Assembly (NCBI GenBank): GCA_024654415.1
Contig: JANLHQ010000091.1
Location: 1 to 39,348, forward strand
Direction of reading: 5' to 3'
Source: Candidatus Azambacteria bacterium
GTDB lineage: Bacteria > Patescibacteriota > Minisyncoccia > GWC2-36-17 > WO2-46-25
Length of the DNA stretch: 39,348 nucleotides
Part shown: one piece after another, positions 25,340 through 34,381 of the stretch
Position numbering within the stretch: the first letter of the stretch is position 1
Layout of the letters: each line of letters starts with the position of its first letter
The notes under the pieces: generated by a model
Database searches by the model: none
Told to the model about the DNA's origin: nothing
Seen by the model: the letters and a program-made list of their open reading frames with translations, nothing else
Program-made: the position numbers and the translations under genes

Positions 25340-26586
25340 TGGAAAAGATTAAGTATCTCATCATCGGCGGCGGCGTGGCGGGCACCACAGCCGCAGAAAC
25401 CATTCGCCAGCTTGATCCTCTTGGCTCATGCACCATTGTATCCGATGAACCATATCGGATGTATTCGCGTATCATGCTTTCAAAACCGAATTTTTTTCTT
25501 GAAAAAATCCCTTTTGATCAGATCTGGCTCAAACAAGATGACTGGTATCAGAAAAATACTATTTCGCTTATCACCGGCAAAAAAGCAACCGCGCTCGACA
25601 CTACAAAAAAAACAGTAACGCTCAATGATGGTACGACTATTACCTATGAAAAATTACTCCTTGCGCCTGGCTCGCGCGTGCGTATGTGGGACATTCCCGG
25701 AGCAGAGAAGGAAGGTATTTATTATCTCCGAACGCTCGATGATGCAAAAGGAATTATCGCGAAAGTAAAATCCGCAAAACGAGCGATCGTGGTTGGCGGC
25801 GGATTTGTCGGGTTTGAAATGTGTGAAATGCTTCACCTCGCCGGCATTGAAGTAACGCTCATCATCCGTGAGCCGTATTTTTGGGATCCTATACTTGATC
25901 AGCGCTCCGGTGCACGCATTGAGACTATACTCGAACTCGGCGGTATTAAAATCCTGCGCAACTCTCAAGTAAAAGAAGTTGTGGGCAATGCCACCGCGCA
26001 AGGGGTTACACTCCATAATAATATTATACTTCCCACCGATATGATTGTTGTCGGTATTGGCACTTATTGCCCATTTGCGTGGATACAAACTGCAGGCATA
26101 CAGGTAAACCAGGGTATCCTCACAAATGAATATCTTATGACAAACGCGCCTGATGTGTGGGCAGCTGGCGATGGCGCGGAATTTAAAGATGTTATTTTGG
26201 ACGAGCACATCCAGCTCGGCAATTGGGCGAACGCGCAAATGCAAGGCAGGGTTGCCGCGCGCAACATGTGCGGTGACGAAACAGAATTTCGCCTCGTATC
26301 GTTTTATGTGACAAGCGGGTTTGGCATTACCATTGCATTTGCGGGAGACATACGCCCGAGCGAAGGACGAGAAATCATTGCCCGCGACACGGCAGACGGC
26401 ATTTCCCTTTCACGACTTATTTTAAAAGCCGACAAAATTATCGGCGCGACAATGATCAACAACACCAAAGAGCTTGCTACGATAACAAAATTGGTTGAGA
26501 AAGGCACAAGTATGAAACATAGTAAGGAAAAGCTCGCAGATGCTTCATTCGACCTTAAAGCGCTCTTAGAAACACCCACACAATAA
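25339..26586 (+). CDS. FAD-dependent NAD(P)H oxidoreductase (ferredoxin/rubredoxin reductase type)
   Basis: IIGGGVAG, YSRIMLSK, VVGGGFVGFE, DVWAAGD; TAATG-coupled to the ferredoxin. Confidence 0.9.
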   Translation: MEKIKYLIIGGGVAGTTAAETIRQLDPLGSCTIVSDEPYRMYSRIMLSKPNFFLEKIPFDQIWLKQDDWYQKNTISLITGKKATALDTTKKTVTLNDGTTITYEKLLLAPGSRVRMWDIPGAEKEGIYYLRTLDDAKGIIAKVKSAKRAIVVGGGFVGFEMCEMLHLAGIEVTLIIREPYFWDPILDQRSGARIETILELGGIKILRNSQVKEVVGNATAQGVTLHNNIILPTDMIVVGIGTYCPFAWIQTAGIQVNQGILTNEYLMTNAPDVWAAGDGAEFKDVILDEHIQLGNWANAQMQGRVAARNMCGDETEFRLVSFYVTSGFGITIAFAGDIRPSEGREIIARDTADGISLSRLILKADKIIGATMINNTKELATITKLVEKGTSMKHSKEKLADASFDLKALLETPTQ

Positions 26587-26622
26587 GAGCAAATCCTAAA
26601 TCAAATAATATCTAGTGAAAAA

Positions 26623-26657
26623 ATAAAAACCCTCGCGACGCTGCGCAAGGGTTTTAT
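26623..26657. terminator. Terminator between convergent genes
   Basis: AAAACCCT-CGCG...CGCA-AGGGTTTT imperfect stem flanked by A/T tracts. Confidence 0.55.
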
Positions 26658-26662
26658 TATAC

Positions 26663-27094
26663 TTATACTGCGATACCAAGAAGCATTATACCACCGAAAA
26701 TAAGTGTGGTGACAAAAAAAACACAGCTTGGATACACAAGAAAGCGATGAATCTTTGGCGTGCGCTTTCCAGTAAATAAAAAAAGCGCAGAGAGAAATGA
26801 AAGAGCGAATAACGACGCAACTACCAGGTGAAGAGAGTGAACAATACTGCTTCGTATGGATTCTTCAACCCCACCACCCTGTTTAAGGATCTCAACTAAA
26901 ACAACTACAACAAGTACGCCGATGAGCGATATAGCCGCACATACCCTGTGCGATGCAAGGAAGTTATCGTCTCGGTCCTCCCTTGTTTTACCACTTTTTA
27001 CATATTTCCTTCCACATACCACGGTAAGGAAGATGAACATGGTGGTAAGAATGAAAGACATATAAATACCATACCTCGCTAACAGCATAAACAT
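26663..27094 (-). CDS. Four-TM membrane protein, DUF420-like
   Basis: SD AAAAGGAGGAGG; four hydrophobic helices with His at SHR, LHL, IHR. Confidence 0.6.
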   Translation of the reverse strand: MFMLLARYGIYMSFILTTMFIFLTVVCGRKYVKSGKTREDRDDNFLASHRVCAAISLIGVLVVVVLVEILKQGGGVEESIRSSIVHSLHLVVASLFALSFLSALFLFTGKRTPKIHRFLVYPSCVFFVTTLIFGGIMLLGIAV

Positions 27095-27325
27095 AACCCT
27101 CCTCCTTTTTTATGAAATTGTCTCCCTACTATTCCTTATGCATGTAAAAATGTCAATTACTCAAAACTCATCCCCTATTTTTTCTTTTGATATCGTGAAT
27201 AAATCAAAATTATAAGAATAATTTTCTCTATTACCACCACTAGTGCTTGACAAACCAGCAAAGAACATGTTCAATAGTAGCTTATCGTACATTACAAAAA
27301 CACTCAATAAAGGGAGGGGTAGAAA

Positions 27326-27808
27326 ATGGCAGAGTTAAATAGTGGCCGGATGCCAAGAACGGATTTCAGATACGAAGAATTTGAAGGGCTGCTCGCAAGC
27401 TACTACCTCACCTTTTTGCCTCTTAGAAAAGGAGGGGTTCAAGACGCGAAGGATTTTATAAAGCTCGTAAGAATCCTCAATGGGTTCGCCACGCGGTACT
27501 GCGTACAAAAACCGATTGATGCCATCGCTCATCCGCGAAAAACAGAAATATGGGCAGTGCCGCAGAACATAGGGAGCTGTTTCTCCATCATCGACCTGCT
27601 TAGCTCATTCTGGAGAGACTTTGATGGTGACTGTGGCAACCCGCACACAAAAAACGGGAAGGAACAGCGCAAGCTTGGCCGTTTAGTCATCAGCATCCTT
27701 CACCGCCATCACGTGCTGACCGCGGAATTTCAAAAAGTCGGTCGCAATAGACTTGTAGTAGGAATCATCAAGTGGAACAATAGAGAAAGAATTTTGTTCC
27801 ATCGCTGA
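27326..27808 (+). CDS. Hypothetical protein (160 aa)
   Basis: TTGACA at 27247, SD AAGGGAGG, terminator after the stop; no family recognised. Confidence 0.7.
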   Translation: MAELNSGRMPRTDFRYEEFEGLLASYYLTFLPLRKGGVQDAKDFIKLVRILNGFATRYCVQKPIDAIAHPRKTEIWAVPQNIGSCFSIIDLLSSFWRDFDGDCGNPHTKNGKEQRKLGRLVISILHRHHVLTAEFQKVGRNRLVVGIIKWNNRERILFHR

Positions 27809-27836
27809 CGTAACGCAATAAACCCCATCAAAAAAC

Positions 27837-27870
27837 AAAAAGCCACCCGAACAAATCCGGGTGGCTTTTT
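27837..27870 (+). terminator. Intrinsic terminator
   Basis: AAAAGCCACCCG-aacaaatc-CGGGTGGCTTTT. Confidence 0.8.
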
Positions 27871-27905
27871 CCTTTTCTATATAAATATGCATATAATGCA
27901 GTGAT

Positions 27906-28409
27906 ATGCTTGTACTACTCCATAACATACGAAGCGCGCATAATGTCGGCTCTATTTTTAGAACTGCCGATGCGGCGGGCATTGAAAAAATATACTTATG
28001 CGGTATCACCCCTGCCCCGATAGACCGCTTCGGAAAACCGCGGCAAGAAATCGCAAAAGTTGCGCTTGGCGCGGAAAGCACCGTGCCATGGGAAATATCC
28101 CATTCAACCGTTTCCCTGCTTAAAAAACTCAAAAAACAGGGGTTTATGATATATGCCATAGAACAAAGCGTTCGCTCAATGCCCTACAATACAATGCGCC
28201 TACATAAAAAAGAGCTCGCGCGTACTGTGCTGGTGGTTGGCAATGAGGTTGAGGGGCTTTCTTCTTCTATACTCACTCACGCAGATACTATTCTTGAAAT
28301 TCCTATGAGCGGGGGGAAAGAATCGCTCAACGTCGCCGTCGCGTTCGGCATCGTCGCATTTCACCTGCTTCACCCAGTGGGTTCACGGATAGCCAAGAAG
28401 ATGCTATAG
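27906..28409 (+). CDS. SpoU/TrmH-family RNA methyltransferase (catalytic domain only)
   Basis: LHNIRSAHNVGSIFRTADAAG, VVGNEVEGL, EIPMSGGKESLNVAVA. Confidence 0.93.
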   Translation: MLVLLHNIRSAHNVGSIFRTADAAGIEKIYLCGITPAPIDRFGKPRQEIAKVALGAESTVPWEISHSTVSLLKKLKKQGFMIYAIEQSVRSMPYNTMRLHKKELARTVLVVGNEVEGLSSSILTHADTILEIPMSGGKESLNVAVAFGIVAFHLLHPVGSRIAKKML

Positions 28410-28436
28410 TAATCGCATAATTAAAGATACTTATCT

Positions 28437-29087
28437 ATGAAAAATCTTATCGTTTTCGGGGTTGTAGTAGTAGTTGCCGTGGGAGTTGGTTATTATTTTT
28501 TCTTCGCGCCAGGACAGCCAAAATCATTAGAAAATGAGCCGTCTTCATTTCCCATTGATACTCCTATTGAAAGCGACTCCGTGAAAGGGGCGCGCGACGC
28601 ACAAACGGTTCTTGTCGAATACAGTGACTTTCAATGTCCTGCATGCGCGGCATACCAACCAATCGTAAAACAAATCGCAGAAGAGTTTGATGGAAAGCTA
28701 GCAATCGTGTATCGCCACCTCCCACTACTTCAGCACAAACATGCAAAGATCGCAGCATATTCAGCTGAAGCCGCTGGCAAACAAGGAAAATTTTGGGAAA
28801 TGCATGACATGATCTTTGAAACGCAAAGAGATTGGTCATCAGAAAAAGATGCGCGCGATATCTTTATTGGCTATGCAGAGGCGCTTGGGCTTGACCGCGC
28901 GCAGTTCATTACTGACATTGACTCAAATGAGATTGCGGATAAAGTAAGCGCGCACTATAAAAGCGGGATGCAGGCGGGCGTGACAGGGACGCCTACATTT
29001 TTCCTTAACGGTGAAAAACTCGACACACCGCGCACCTACGAAGACTTCAAAAACGCAGTTGGAGAGGCCATCTTTAACACACAATGA
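28437..29087 (+). CDS. DsbA-family thiol-disulfide oxidoreductase
   Basis: N-terminal TM, LVEYSDFQCPAC, QGKFWEMHD, GVTGTPTFFLNG. Confidence 0.93.
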   Translation: MKNLIVFGVVVVVAVGVGYYFFFAPGQPKSLENEPSSFPIDTPIESDSVKGARDAQTVLVEYSDFQCPACAAYQPIVKQIAEEFDGKLAIVYRHLPLLQHKHAKIAAYSAEAAGKQGKFWEMHDMIFETQRDWSSEKDARDIFIGYAEALGLDRAQFITDIDSNEIADKVSAHYKSGMQAGVTGTPTFFLNGEKLDTPRTYEDFKNAVGEAIFNTQ

Positions 29088-29701
29088 ACCAAACACTAAA
29101 AACAATTTTTATTTCGGCAATCATTGCTGGTATCGCAGGGAGCGCAGTGACGCTTATATTCATACGCCAACCAAACCCAGTAACAACGCCAACCGCAAAA
29201 GAGTTAATAAAAGAATTTTATCTTGCTGAGAATGCGGTACATGTAAGCCCGCACGGATTACGAGGAAAAATGGACGCTGGGGACCAATCATATATCCTTG
29301 TTGATCTCCGGAGTCCAGAGGAATATACAAAGGAGCATATTATCGGAGCGATAAATATCTACGCATATAAGGACCCGTACACGCCCGTATACGAAGACAA
29401 AGAGCGTATCGTGGAAGGATTCCGTACTCTACCTAAAGATAAGGACATCATCGTCTATTGTTATAGCACTGCGTGTATGACGGGGCGTAAGATCGGAAAG
29501 CTACTCGCTGAAAATGATATTTTTGTGAAGCAACTTGGTATCGGGTGGAATGAGTGGCGGCATTTTTGGACGCTCTGGAATCACGAGCATGAGTGGCGTA
29601 CTACGCGCGCGGAAGATTATATTACAAAGGGTACTGACCCCGGTGTACCAACGGTACGTACCTTACCCACTCCGTGTGGGATTGGTGAACTCGGGTGTTA
29701 G
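29084..29701 (+). CDS. Membrane-anchored rhodanese-like protein with CxxxxC loop and C-terminal Cys pair
   Basis: LVDLRSPEEY..EHIIGAINI, IIVYCYSTACM, GWNEW, PCGIGELGC. Confidence 0.85.
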   Translation: MNQTLKTIFISAIIAGIAGSAVTLIFIRQPNPVTTPTAKELIKEFYLAENAVHVSPHGLRGKMDAGDQSYILVDLRSPEEYTKEHIIGAINIYAYKDPYTPVYEDKERIVEGFRTLPKDKDIIVYCYSTACMTGRKIGKLLAENDIFVKQLGIGWNEWRHFWTLWNHEHEWRTTRAEDYITKGTDPGVPTVRTLPTPCGIGELGC

Positions 29702-29752
29702 TGGATTATATTATTGCAATTGGCTTACCCACTACAGTATACTAGAAGCATT

Positions 29753-30265
29753 ATGAGTTGGAATATTTTTCTCACAATCGCGCATATCGTTGGCACTGTC
29801 CTTGGTGTTGGTGGTGCGACGTTTGCTGAAATATTTTACATGAAGGCAATGAAAGATGGTCATGTCGACCCAACTGAAAGTGATTTTTTGAAAACAAGCT
29901 ACCGCGTTCTGCGCATCGGCATGATTCTTCTTATCCTCTCTGGGTTCGGTTATTTTCTTTTGTTCCGCATCGAAGGGAAGGAATTTCTCCTATATAACGA
30001 TCGCTTTCTTGCAAAGGTTTGGCTTACCATCATCATTTTTTTCAACGCGCTCCTCATTCAAACACGAAAGATTCCTTTGTGGCTTGGGGGCGCCCTTTCG
30101 ATTACTTCATGGTATGCGGCGCTTGTGCTTGGTATATGGAGAGGTATCCCGGCTTCGCTTTTTGCAATTACACTGTGGTATATTGCCGCAGTTCTTGTAG
30201 TAGCCTTGATTCTTCATGTTATTAGAAAGGCATATCTTAAAGCCCCACCTCAAATCCAACAATGA
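29753..30265 (+). CDS. Hypothetical five-TM membrane protein
   Basis: Start ATG 29753 (TATACT 9 nt upstream); AHIVGTVLGVGGATFAE, FLAKVWL, GGALSITSWY. Confidence 0.75.
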   Translation: MSWNIFLTIAHIVGTVLGVGGATFAEIFYMKAMKDGHVDPTESDFLKTSYRVLRIGMILLILSGFGYFLLFRIEGKEFLLYNDRFLAKVWLTIIIFFNALLIQTRKIPLWLGGALSITSWYAALVLGIWRGIPASLFAITLWYIAAVLVVALILHVIRKAYLKAPPQIQQ

Positions 30266-30717
30266 CACCTTTTCTTAAAACACTTCTCTCACTTCATGTA
30301 ATTCTCGGTGTTATTGGTGTTATTGCGTTTGCGGGAGTGTGGATGAATATGCTTAAGCGCGCACTTCCATTGAAGTTTTTAAAGTGGTCTAGCGCAATTG
30401 GATTTATTTCATTTATTGCGTCGTGGTTTGCTGGTGGCTACTACTACACTGTGTATTACGGTAAAGCTGCAAAGCCCCTCATCGTTAAGGGGCAATATCC
30501 GTGGGCACATGCACTTTTTATGGAGGCAAAGGAACACATCTTTCTATTTCTCCCTTTTCTCGCGGCCTCATTATTCATCGCCCTTCTTCTTCTTGATAAG
30601 AATGCTGAAACAGAAGTACCTCTGAAGCGCGCGCTCACATGGCTCGCTGGTGTTATCGTGGTGCTTGGCATTATCATGACGCTTTCTGGAATTATTATTT
30701 CTGGTGCGGTAAGATAA
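30262..30717 (+). CDS. Hypothetical four-TM membrane protein
   Basis: ATGA overlap; LHVILG, GGYYYTVYYG..KPLI.KG.YPWAHALFMEAKEHIFLFLP. Confidence 0.78.
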   Translation: MTPFLKTLLSLHVILGVIGVIAFAGVWMNMLKRALPLKFLKWSSAIGFISFIASWFAGGYYYTVYYGKAAKPLIVKGQYPWAHALFMEAKEHIFLFLPFLAASLFIALLLLDKNAETEVPLKRALTWLAGVIVVLGIIMTLSGIIISGAVR

Positions 30718-31064
30718 TGTATATGGAACTCTCAAATATTCGACTTAAGATTATCCGCGCAACAATGTACGCCGCAGGGCTTACTATAGTATTTATTACC
30801 GGCGTCACTATTACTGCTGACCTATATCCACCGCTTAAAAATTGGTTAAAAATAACATTTTCTCACCACTGGATCGGAAAAGGAATCCTTGCCGCCGTCA
30901 TATTTATTATGGTGTCGCTAATACTTTCACTCCTCCCAGCTCACATAGATGAAGGAAAAATAAAAACACTCGTGCGAAGCGCATGGGTGCTCGTGATTAT
31001 TACTCTCATAGGGACTCTCGTTATCACCTCGTTCTTTATTTATGAGGCATTTCTTAAGCATTGA
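30717..31064 (+). CDS. Hypothetical three-TM membrane protein
   Basis: TAATG overlap gives start 30717; LKNWL...SHHWIGKG motif. Confidence 0.72.
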   Translation: MYMELSNIRLKIIRATMYAAGLTIVFITGVTITADLYPPLKNWLKITFSHHWIGKGILAAVIFIMVSLILSLLPAHIDEGKIKTLVRSAWVLVIITLIGTLVITSFFIYEAFLKH

Positions 31065-31066
31065 GC

Positions 31067-31744
31067 ATGGAAGCAAAGAAAATTAAAATCCTTGTTTTAT
31101 TTTACACGACTGGCGGATGCACCGCTGATTTTGCGAGAGAGATAGGCAGGGGCGCAGCATCGGTTGCGGGCGCAGAAGTTACGCTGAGACGTATTCCAGA
31201 AATTTTACCGCGAGAAGCCCTTGGAAGCAGTCCAGAGCGTGTTGCGCGCATGGAGGCACTCGAAAAAGAATTCCCTGAAGCAACCATTGAGGATCTTATC
31301 GAGGCGGACGGTGTTGCATTCGGTACACCCGTGCATTTCGGCTCATTTGCATCACAGGTAAAGCATTTTCTCGACCAACTCACCCTAGCATGGCACCAGC
31401 AAAAACTAGTCAACAAGCCAGCGGCGGTATTTTGCGTCGGCCATGGTATGCATAGTGGTGAAGAAGCGGCATTACTATCACTCATCATCCCACTCCTTAA
31501 TCTCGGTATGATTCCTGTTGGTATTCCCTATCCTATTCAAAGCGCCGCGCATGATTTCGATGCGGGAAGCCCCTATGGTGCCATTTTTATCTCTGCCGGC
31601 GGGAAACGCCAAATGACCGACATGGATAAAAAGGTTGCCCAAATTCTTGGCCGTCGACTTGCTTCCATGGCAACTCTGTTGAGTTGCGGTTGCGAGTCAT
31701 GTGGTGCATGCCACGAGCTCACGAAATCACTACCGCATCCATAA
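31067..31744 (+). CDS. wrbA: WrbA-type NAD(P)H:quinone oxidoreductase (flavodoxin fold) with Cys-rich tail
   Basis: KILVLFYTTGG, ADGVAFGTPVHFGSFASQVKHFLDQ, LVNKPAAVF, HSGEE, GMIPVGIPY, GSPYGA. Confidence 0.85.
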   Translation: MEAKKIKILVLFYTTGGCTADFAREIGRGAASVAGAEVTLRRIPEILPREALGSSPERVARMEALEKEFPEATIEDLIEADGVAFGTPVHFGSFASQVKHFLDQLTLAWHQQKLVNKPAAVFCVGHGMHSGEEAALLSLIIPLLNLGMIPVGIPYPIQSAAHDFDAGSPYGAIFISAGGKRQMTDMDKKVAQILGRRLASMATLLSCGCESCGACHELTKSLPHP

Positions 31745-31767
31745 AACCTTTTGTATATTTTATCCTC

Positions 31768-31794
31768 GCGTCGTACATAGTACGACGCTTTTTT
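31768..31794 (+). terminator. Intrinsic terminator after wrbA
   Basis: GCGTCGTAC-ata-GTACGACGC-TTTTTT. Confidence 0.85.
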
Positions 31795-31810
31795 AAAAAA
31801 ATAACAGCAA

Positions 31811-31839
31811 TTGACAACACTGCTATTACTTGGTATTCT
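31811..31839 (+). promoter_or_regulatory. Sigma70 promoter of the rrf2-suf operon
   Basis: TTGACA-17 nt-TATTCT with TG extension. Confidence 0.75.
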
Positions 31840-31849
31840 CGCAATAGCC

Positions 31850-31874
31850 AATCTCGGAGTATTTTGGTCGGAAT
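31850..31874. promoter_or_regulatory. Candidate IscR/Rrf2 operator
   Basis: AATCTCGGAGTATTTTGGTCGGAAT; the reverse complement contains CCGACCAAAATACTCCG, resembling type-1 IscR boxes as I recall them; lies between promoter and rrf2 ATG. Confidence 0.55.
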
Positions 31875-32273
31875 ATGATATCGCGCAAAACGGATTATAG
31901 CTTAATACTTATGCAAGCGCTCAAACCCACCTTCACGTCGGGTGATTTTATGACGCTTGAAGGCATCGCAAAACAATATCGCCTCCCGCACGCATATTGT
32001 GAAAAGCTCGCCCACAAACTCAAAGAGGCAGGCATCCTTGCATCACGCGTCGGGAAAAACGGCGGATATCGCCTTGCAAAAGATCCAAAAAAGATCAGCG
32101 TGCAATCACTTGTCGATGTATTTCAAAAACAACAGCCGATACGATGCCTCCTTGCGCCAAATGCAGAAAAATCATGCGCACTTGCTCTTACCTGCCCTAC
32201 GAAGAAAGGATGGCTCCGCATTGACACAGAGATCAGAAAAACGCTTACGCGTCTTACCATTGCAAACATATAA
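31875..32273 (+). CDS. Rrf2-family transcriptional regulator (IscR-like, three C-terminal Cys)
   Basis: ISRKTDYSL, LKEAGILASRVGKNGGYRLAK, C-x9-C-x5-C. Confidence 0.9.
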   Translation: MISRKTDYSLILMQALKPTFTSGDFMTLEGIAKQYRLPHAYCEKLAHKLKEAGILASRVGKNGGYRLAKDPKKISVQSLVDVFQKQQPIRCLLAPNAEKSCALALTCPTKKGWLRIDTEIRKTLTRLTIANI

Positions 32274-32276
32274 ACC

Positions 32277-32999
32277 ATGTCGCTTATCATCAAAAACCTT
32301 ACGGTGGTCGCAGATGGCAAAGAGGTCGTCAAGAACTTTTCCCTGACAATAAAGAAGGGAGAGATCCACGCGCTTATGGGGCCGAATGGCTCTGGTAAAA
32401 CATCGCTCTGCTCCGCCATACTCGGACACCCTTCATATCGCATTACGAAAGGAGATATTTTATTTAAGGGCGCAAGCATTCTTGGCCTACGCACCGAAGA
32501 GCGCGCGCAACTCGGTATCTTTCTTTCATTTCAGGAACCACCCGAGATCCGCGGCGTCCCTATGTCGTCATTTCTCCGTACCGTCGCAAAAACACACACG
32601 AAGGAAAAGGCGCCCGACACAATGAAACAGGTCACCATGCACAGTGAAAAAATTGGACTCGGACCTCATTTTCTTGATCGATCACTAAACGAAGGGTTCT
32701 CTGGGGGAGAAAAGAAAAAGAGTGAAATACTGCAGTTTATTGCCGCGCATCCTCGCATTGCTCTTTTGGATGAGATAGATGCGGGAGTAGATATAGATTC
32801 GCTTGATGCAATAGCGCGCATACTCAAAAAGGCGGCATCGCAGGGAACAGGAATACTTATTATTTCACATAGCGCGCGCATATTCAAAAGGTGTGCGCCC
32901 GATTTTGTACATATTATTGAACATGGCGTACGCATTGCATCTGGCGGGCGATCTCTCCTTAAAAAAATTGAGGCGAAAGGATATCGAAAAAAGTCATGA
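32277..32999 (+). CDS. sufC: Fe-S assembly ATPase SufC
   Basis: HALMGPNGSGKT, GHPSY, FLSFQEPPEI, RSLNEGFSGGEKKK, LDEIDAGVDID. Confidence 0.97.
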   Translation: MSLIIKNLTVVADGKEVVKNFSLTIKKGEIHALMGPNGSGKTSLCSAILGHPSYRITKGDILFKGASILGLRTEERAQLGIFLSFQEPPEIRGVPMSSFLRTVAKTHTKEKAPDTMKQVTMHSEKIGLGPHFLDRSLNEGFSGGEKKKSEILQFIAAHPRIALLDEIDAGVDIDSLDAIARILKKAASQGTGILIISHSARIFKRCAPDFVHIIEHGVRIASGGRSLLKKIEAKGYRKKS

Positions 33000-34381
33000 G
33001 ACAAAAATACAAATATGGATTCCATGACACTATCACTCCCCTCTATCACACGAAACAGGGACTTTCTGAGGCGGTAGTGCGAGAGATATCGGCAATAAAA
33101 CAAGAACCCCAGTGGATGCGGGACGCTCGTCTTCGCGCGCTTGCTGTTTTTAATAAAAAACCGATGCCCACATGGGGCGCCGACCTTTCAAACATAGACT
33201 TTAAAAAAATCACGTACTACGCTCGGTCATCTGACAAACCGGCACACACATGGGGAAAGGTACCTAAAAAAATAAAAACCGCATTTGAACGGCTTGGCGT
33301 TCCGGAGGCGGAGCGAAAATTTTTTGCAGGCGTAGGAGCGCAGTACGACTCCGAGACTGTGTACCATCATATTCAAAAGGATCTTGAGGCTAAAGGGATT
33401 ATTTTTACTGATACCGATACCGCTCTTCGCACGTACCCAGATCTTTTTAAACAATACTTTGGTACCGTAGTGCCCGTCGGTGATAATAAGTTTTCTGCGC
33501 TCAATGCGGCGTGTTGGTCTGGTGGAAGCTTTATATACATCCCGAAAGGGGTAACAGTTGATCTACCGCTTCAAGCATATTTTCGTATCAATAAGAAAAA
33601 TATGGGCCAGTTTGAGCGCACGCTTATCATCGCAGATGAAGACAGCGATGTGCATTACATTGAAGGATGTACTGCGCCAGTCTACACCACAGACTCGCTC
33701 CATGCGGCGGTCGTGGAAATTATCGTGCGTCCACGAGCGCGCGTCCGATATACCACCATTCAAAACTGGTCATCAAATGTATACAACCTTGTTACAAAAC
33801 GCGCCCGCGCTGAACAAGGCGCGCTTGTAGAATGGATCGACGGAAATCTCGGATCAAAAACAACAATGAAGTACCCTTCTGTATTTCTCGCGGGCGCGGG
33901 CGCTCGTGCTGACATCCTCTCCGTATCACTTGCAGGAAAAGGTCAGCACCAAGACGCAGGCGCAAAAGTTGTACATCTTGCACCAGATACATCCTCATCC
34001 ATCGTTGCAAAATCGGTTTCGTTCGGTGGTGGAAGAACAAGCTATCGTGGGCTCGCGCAAGTGGTAAAGGGAGCGCACAATGCACGCATCAAAGTACGGT
34101 GCGATGCACTCGTACTTGATAAGAAGTCGCGCTCAGACACCTACCCCACTATTAAGGCCGCAGAAAACAACGCGACAATTGAGCATGAAGCAACGGTATC
34201 AAAAATAAGCGAGCAAGAGCTTTTCTACCTTCGTGCACGGGGATTTTCAGAAACAGAGGCCGCCTCGCTTGTGGTTTCTGGGTTCTTTGAGCCACTCGCA
34301 AAAACACTGCCAATCGATTATGCGATAGAGCTCAACCGCCTTATCCAAATGGAAATGGAATCTAGTATAAAAACCGCATGA
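32996..34381 (+). CDS. sufB: Fe-S assembly scaffold SufB
   Basis: KYKYGF, WSGGSFIYIPKG, GQFERTLI, YIEGCTAP, YTTIQNWS, TMKYPS, SRSDTYP, EHEATVSKI. Confidence 0.98.
   Translation: MRQKYKYGFHDTITPLYHTKQGLSEAVVREISAIKQEPQWMRDARLRALAVFNKKPMPTWGADLSNIDFKKITYYARSSDKPAHTWGKVPKKIKTAFERLGVPEAERKFFAGVGAQYDSETVYHHIQKDLEAKGIIFTDTDTALRTYPDLFKQYFGTVVPVGDNKFSALNAACWSGGSFIYIPKGVTVDLPLQAYFRINKKNMGQFERTLIIADEDSDVHYIEGCTAPVYTTDSLHAAVVEIIVRPRARVRYTTIQNWSSNVYNLVTKRARAEQGALVEWIDGNLGSKTTMKYPSVFLAGAGARADILSVSLAGKGQHQDAGAKVVHLAPDTSSSIVAKSVSFGGGRTSYRGLAQVVKGAHNARIKVRCDALVLDKKSRSDTYPTIKAAENNATIEHEATVSKISEQELFYLRARGFSETEAASLVVSGFFEPLAKTLPIDYAIELNRLIQMEMESSIKTA

Noticed and set aside
27262..27273. LexA (Cheo) box at GAACATGTTC
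   Set aside because: Spacing is GAAC-N2-GTTC rather than N4, it occurs once, and it overlaps a likely -10 region.
31699..31713. c-type cytochrome from CGACH in WrbA
   Set aside because: Cytoplasmic flavoprotein without signal peptide and no maturation genes in view; kept only as a Cys-tail observation.
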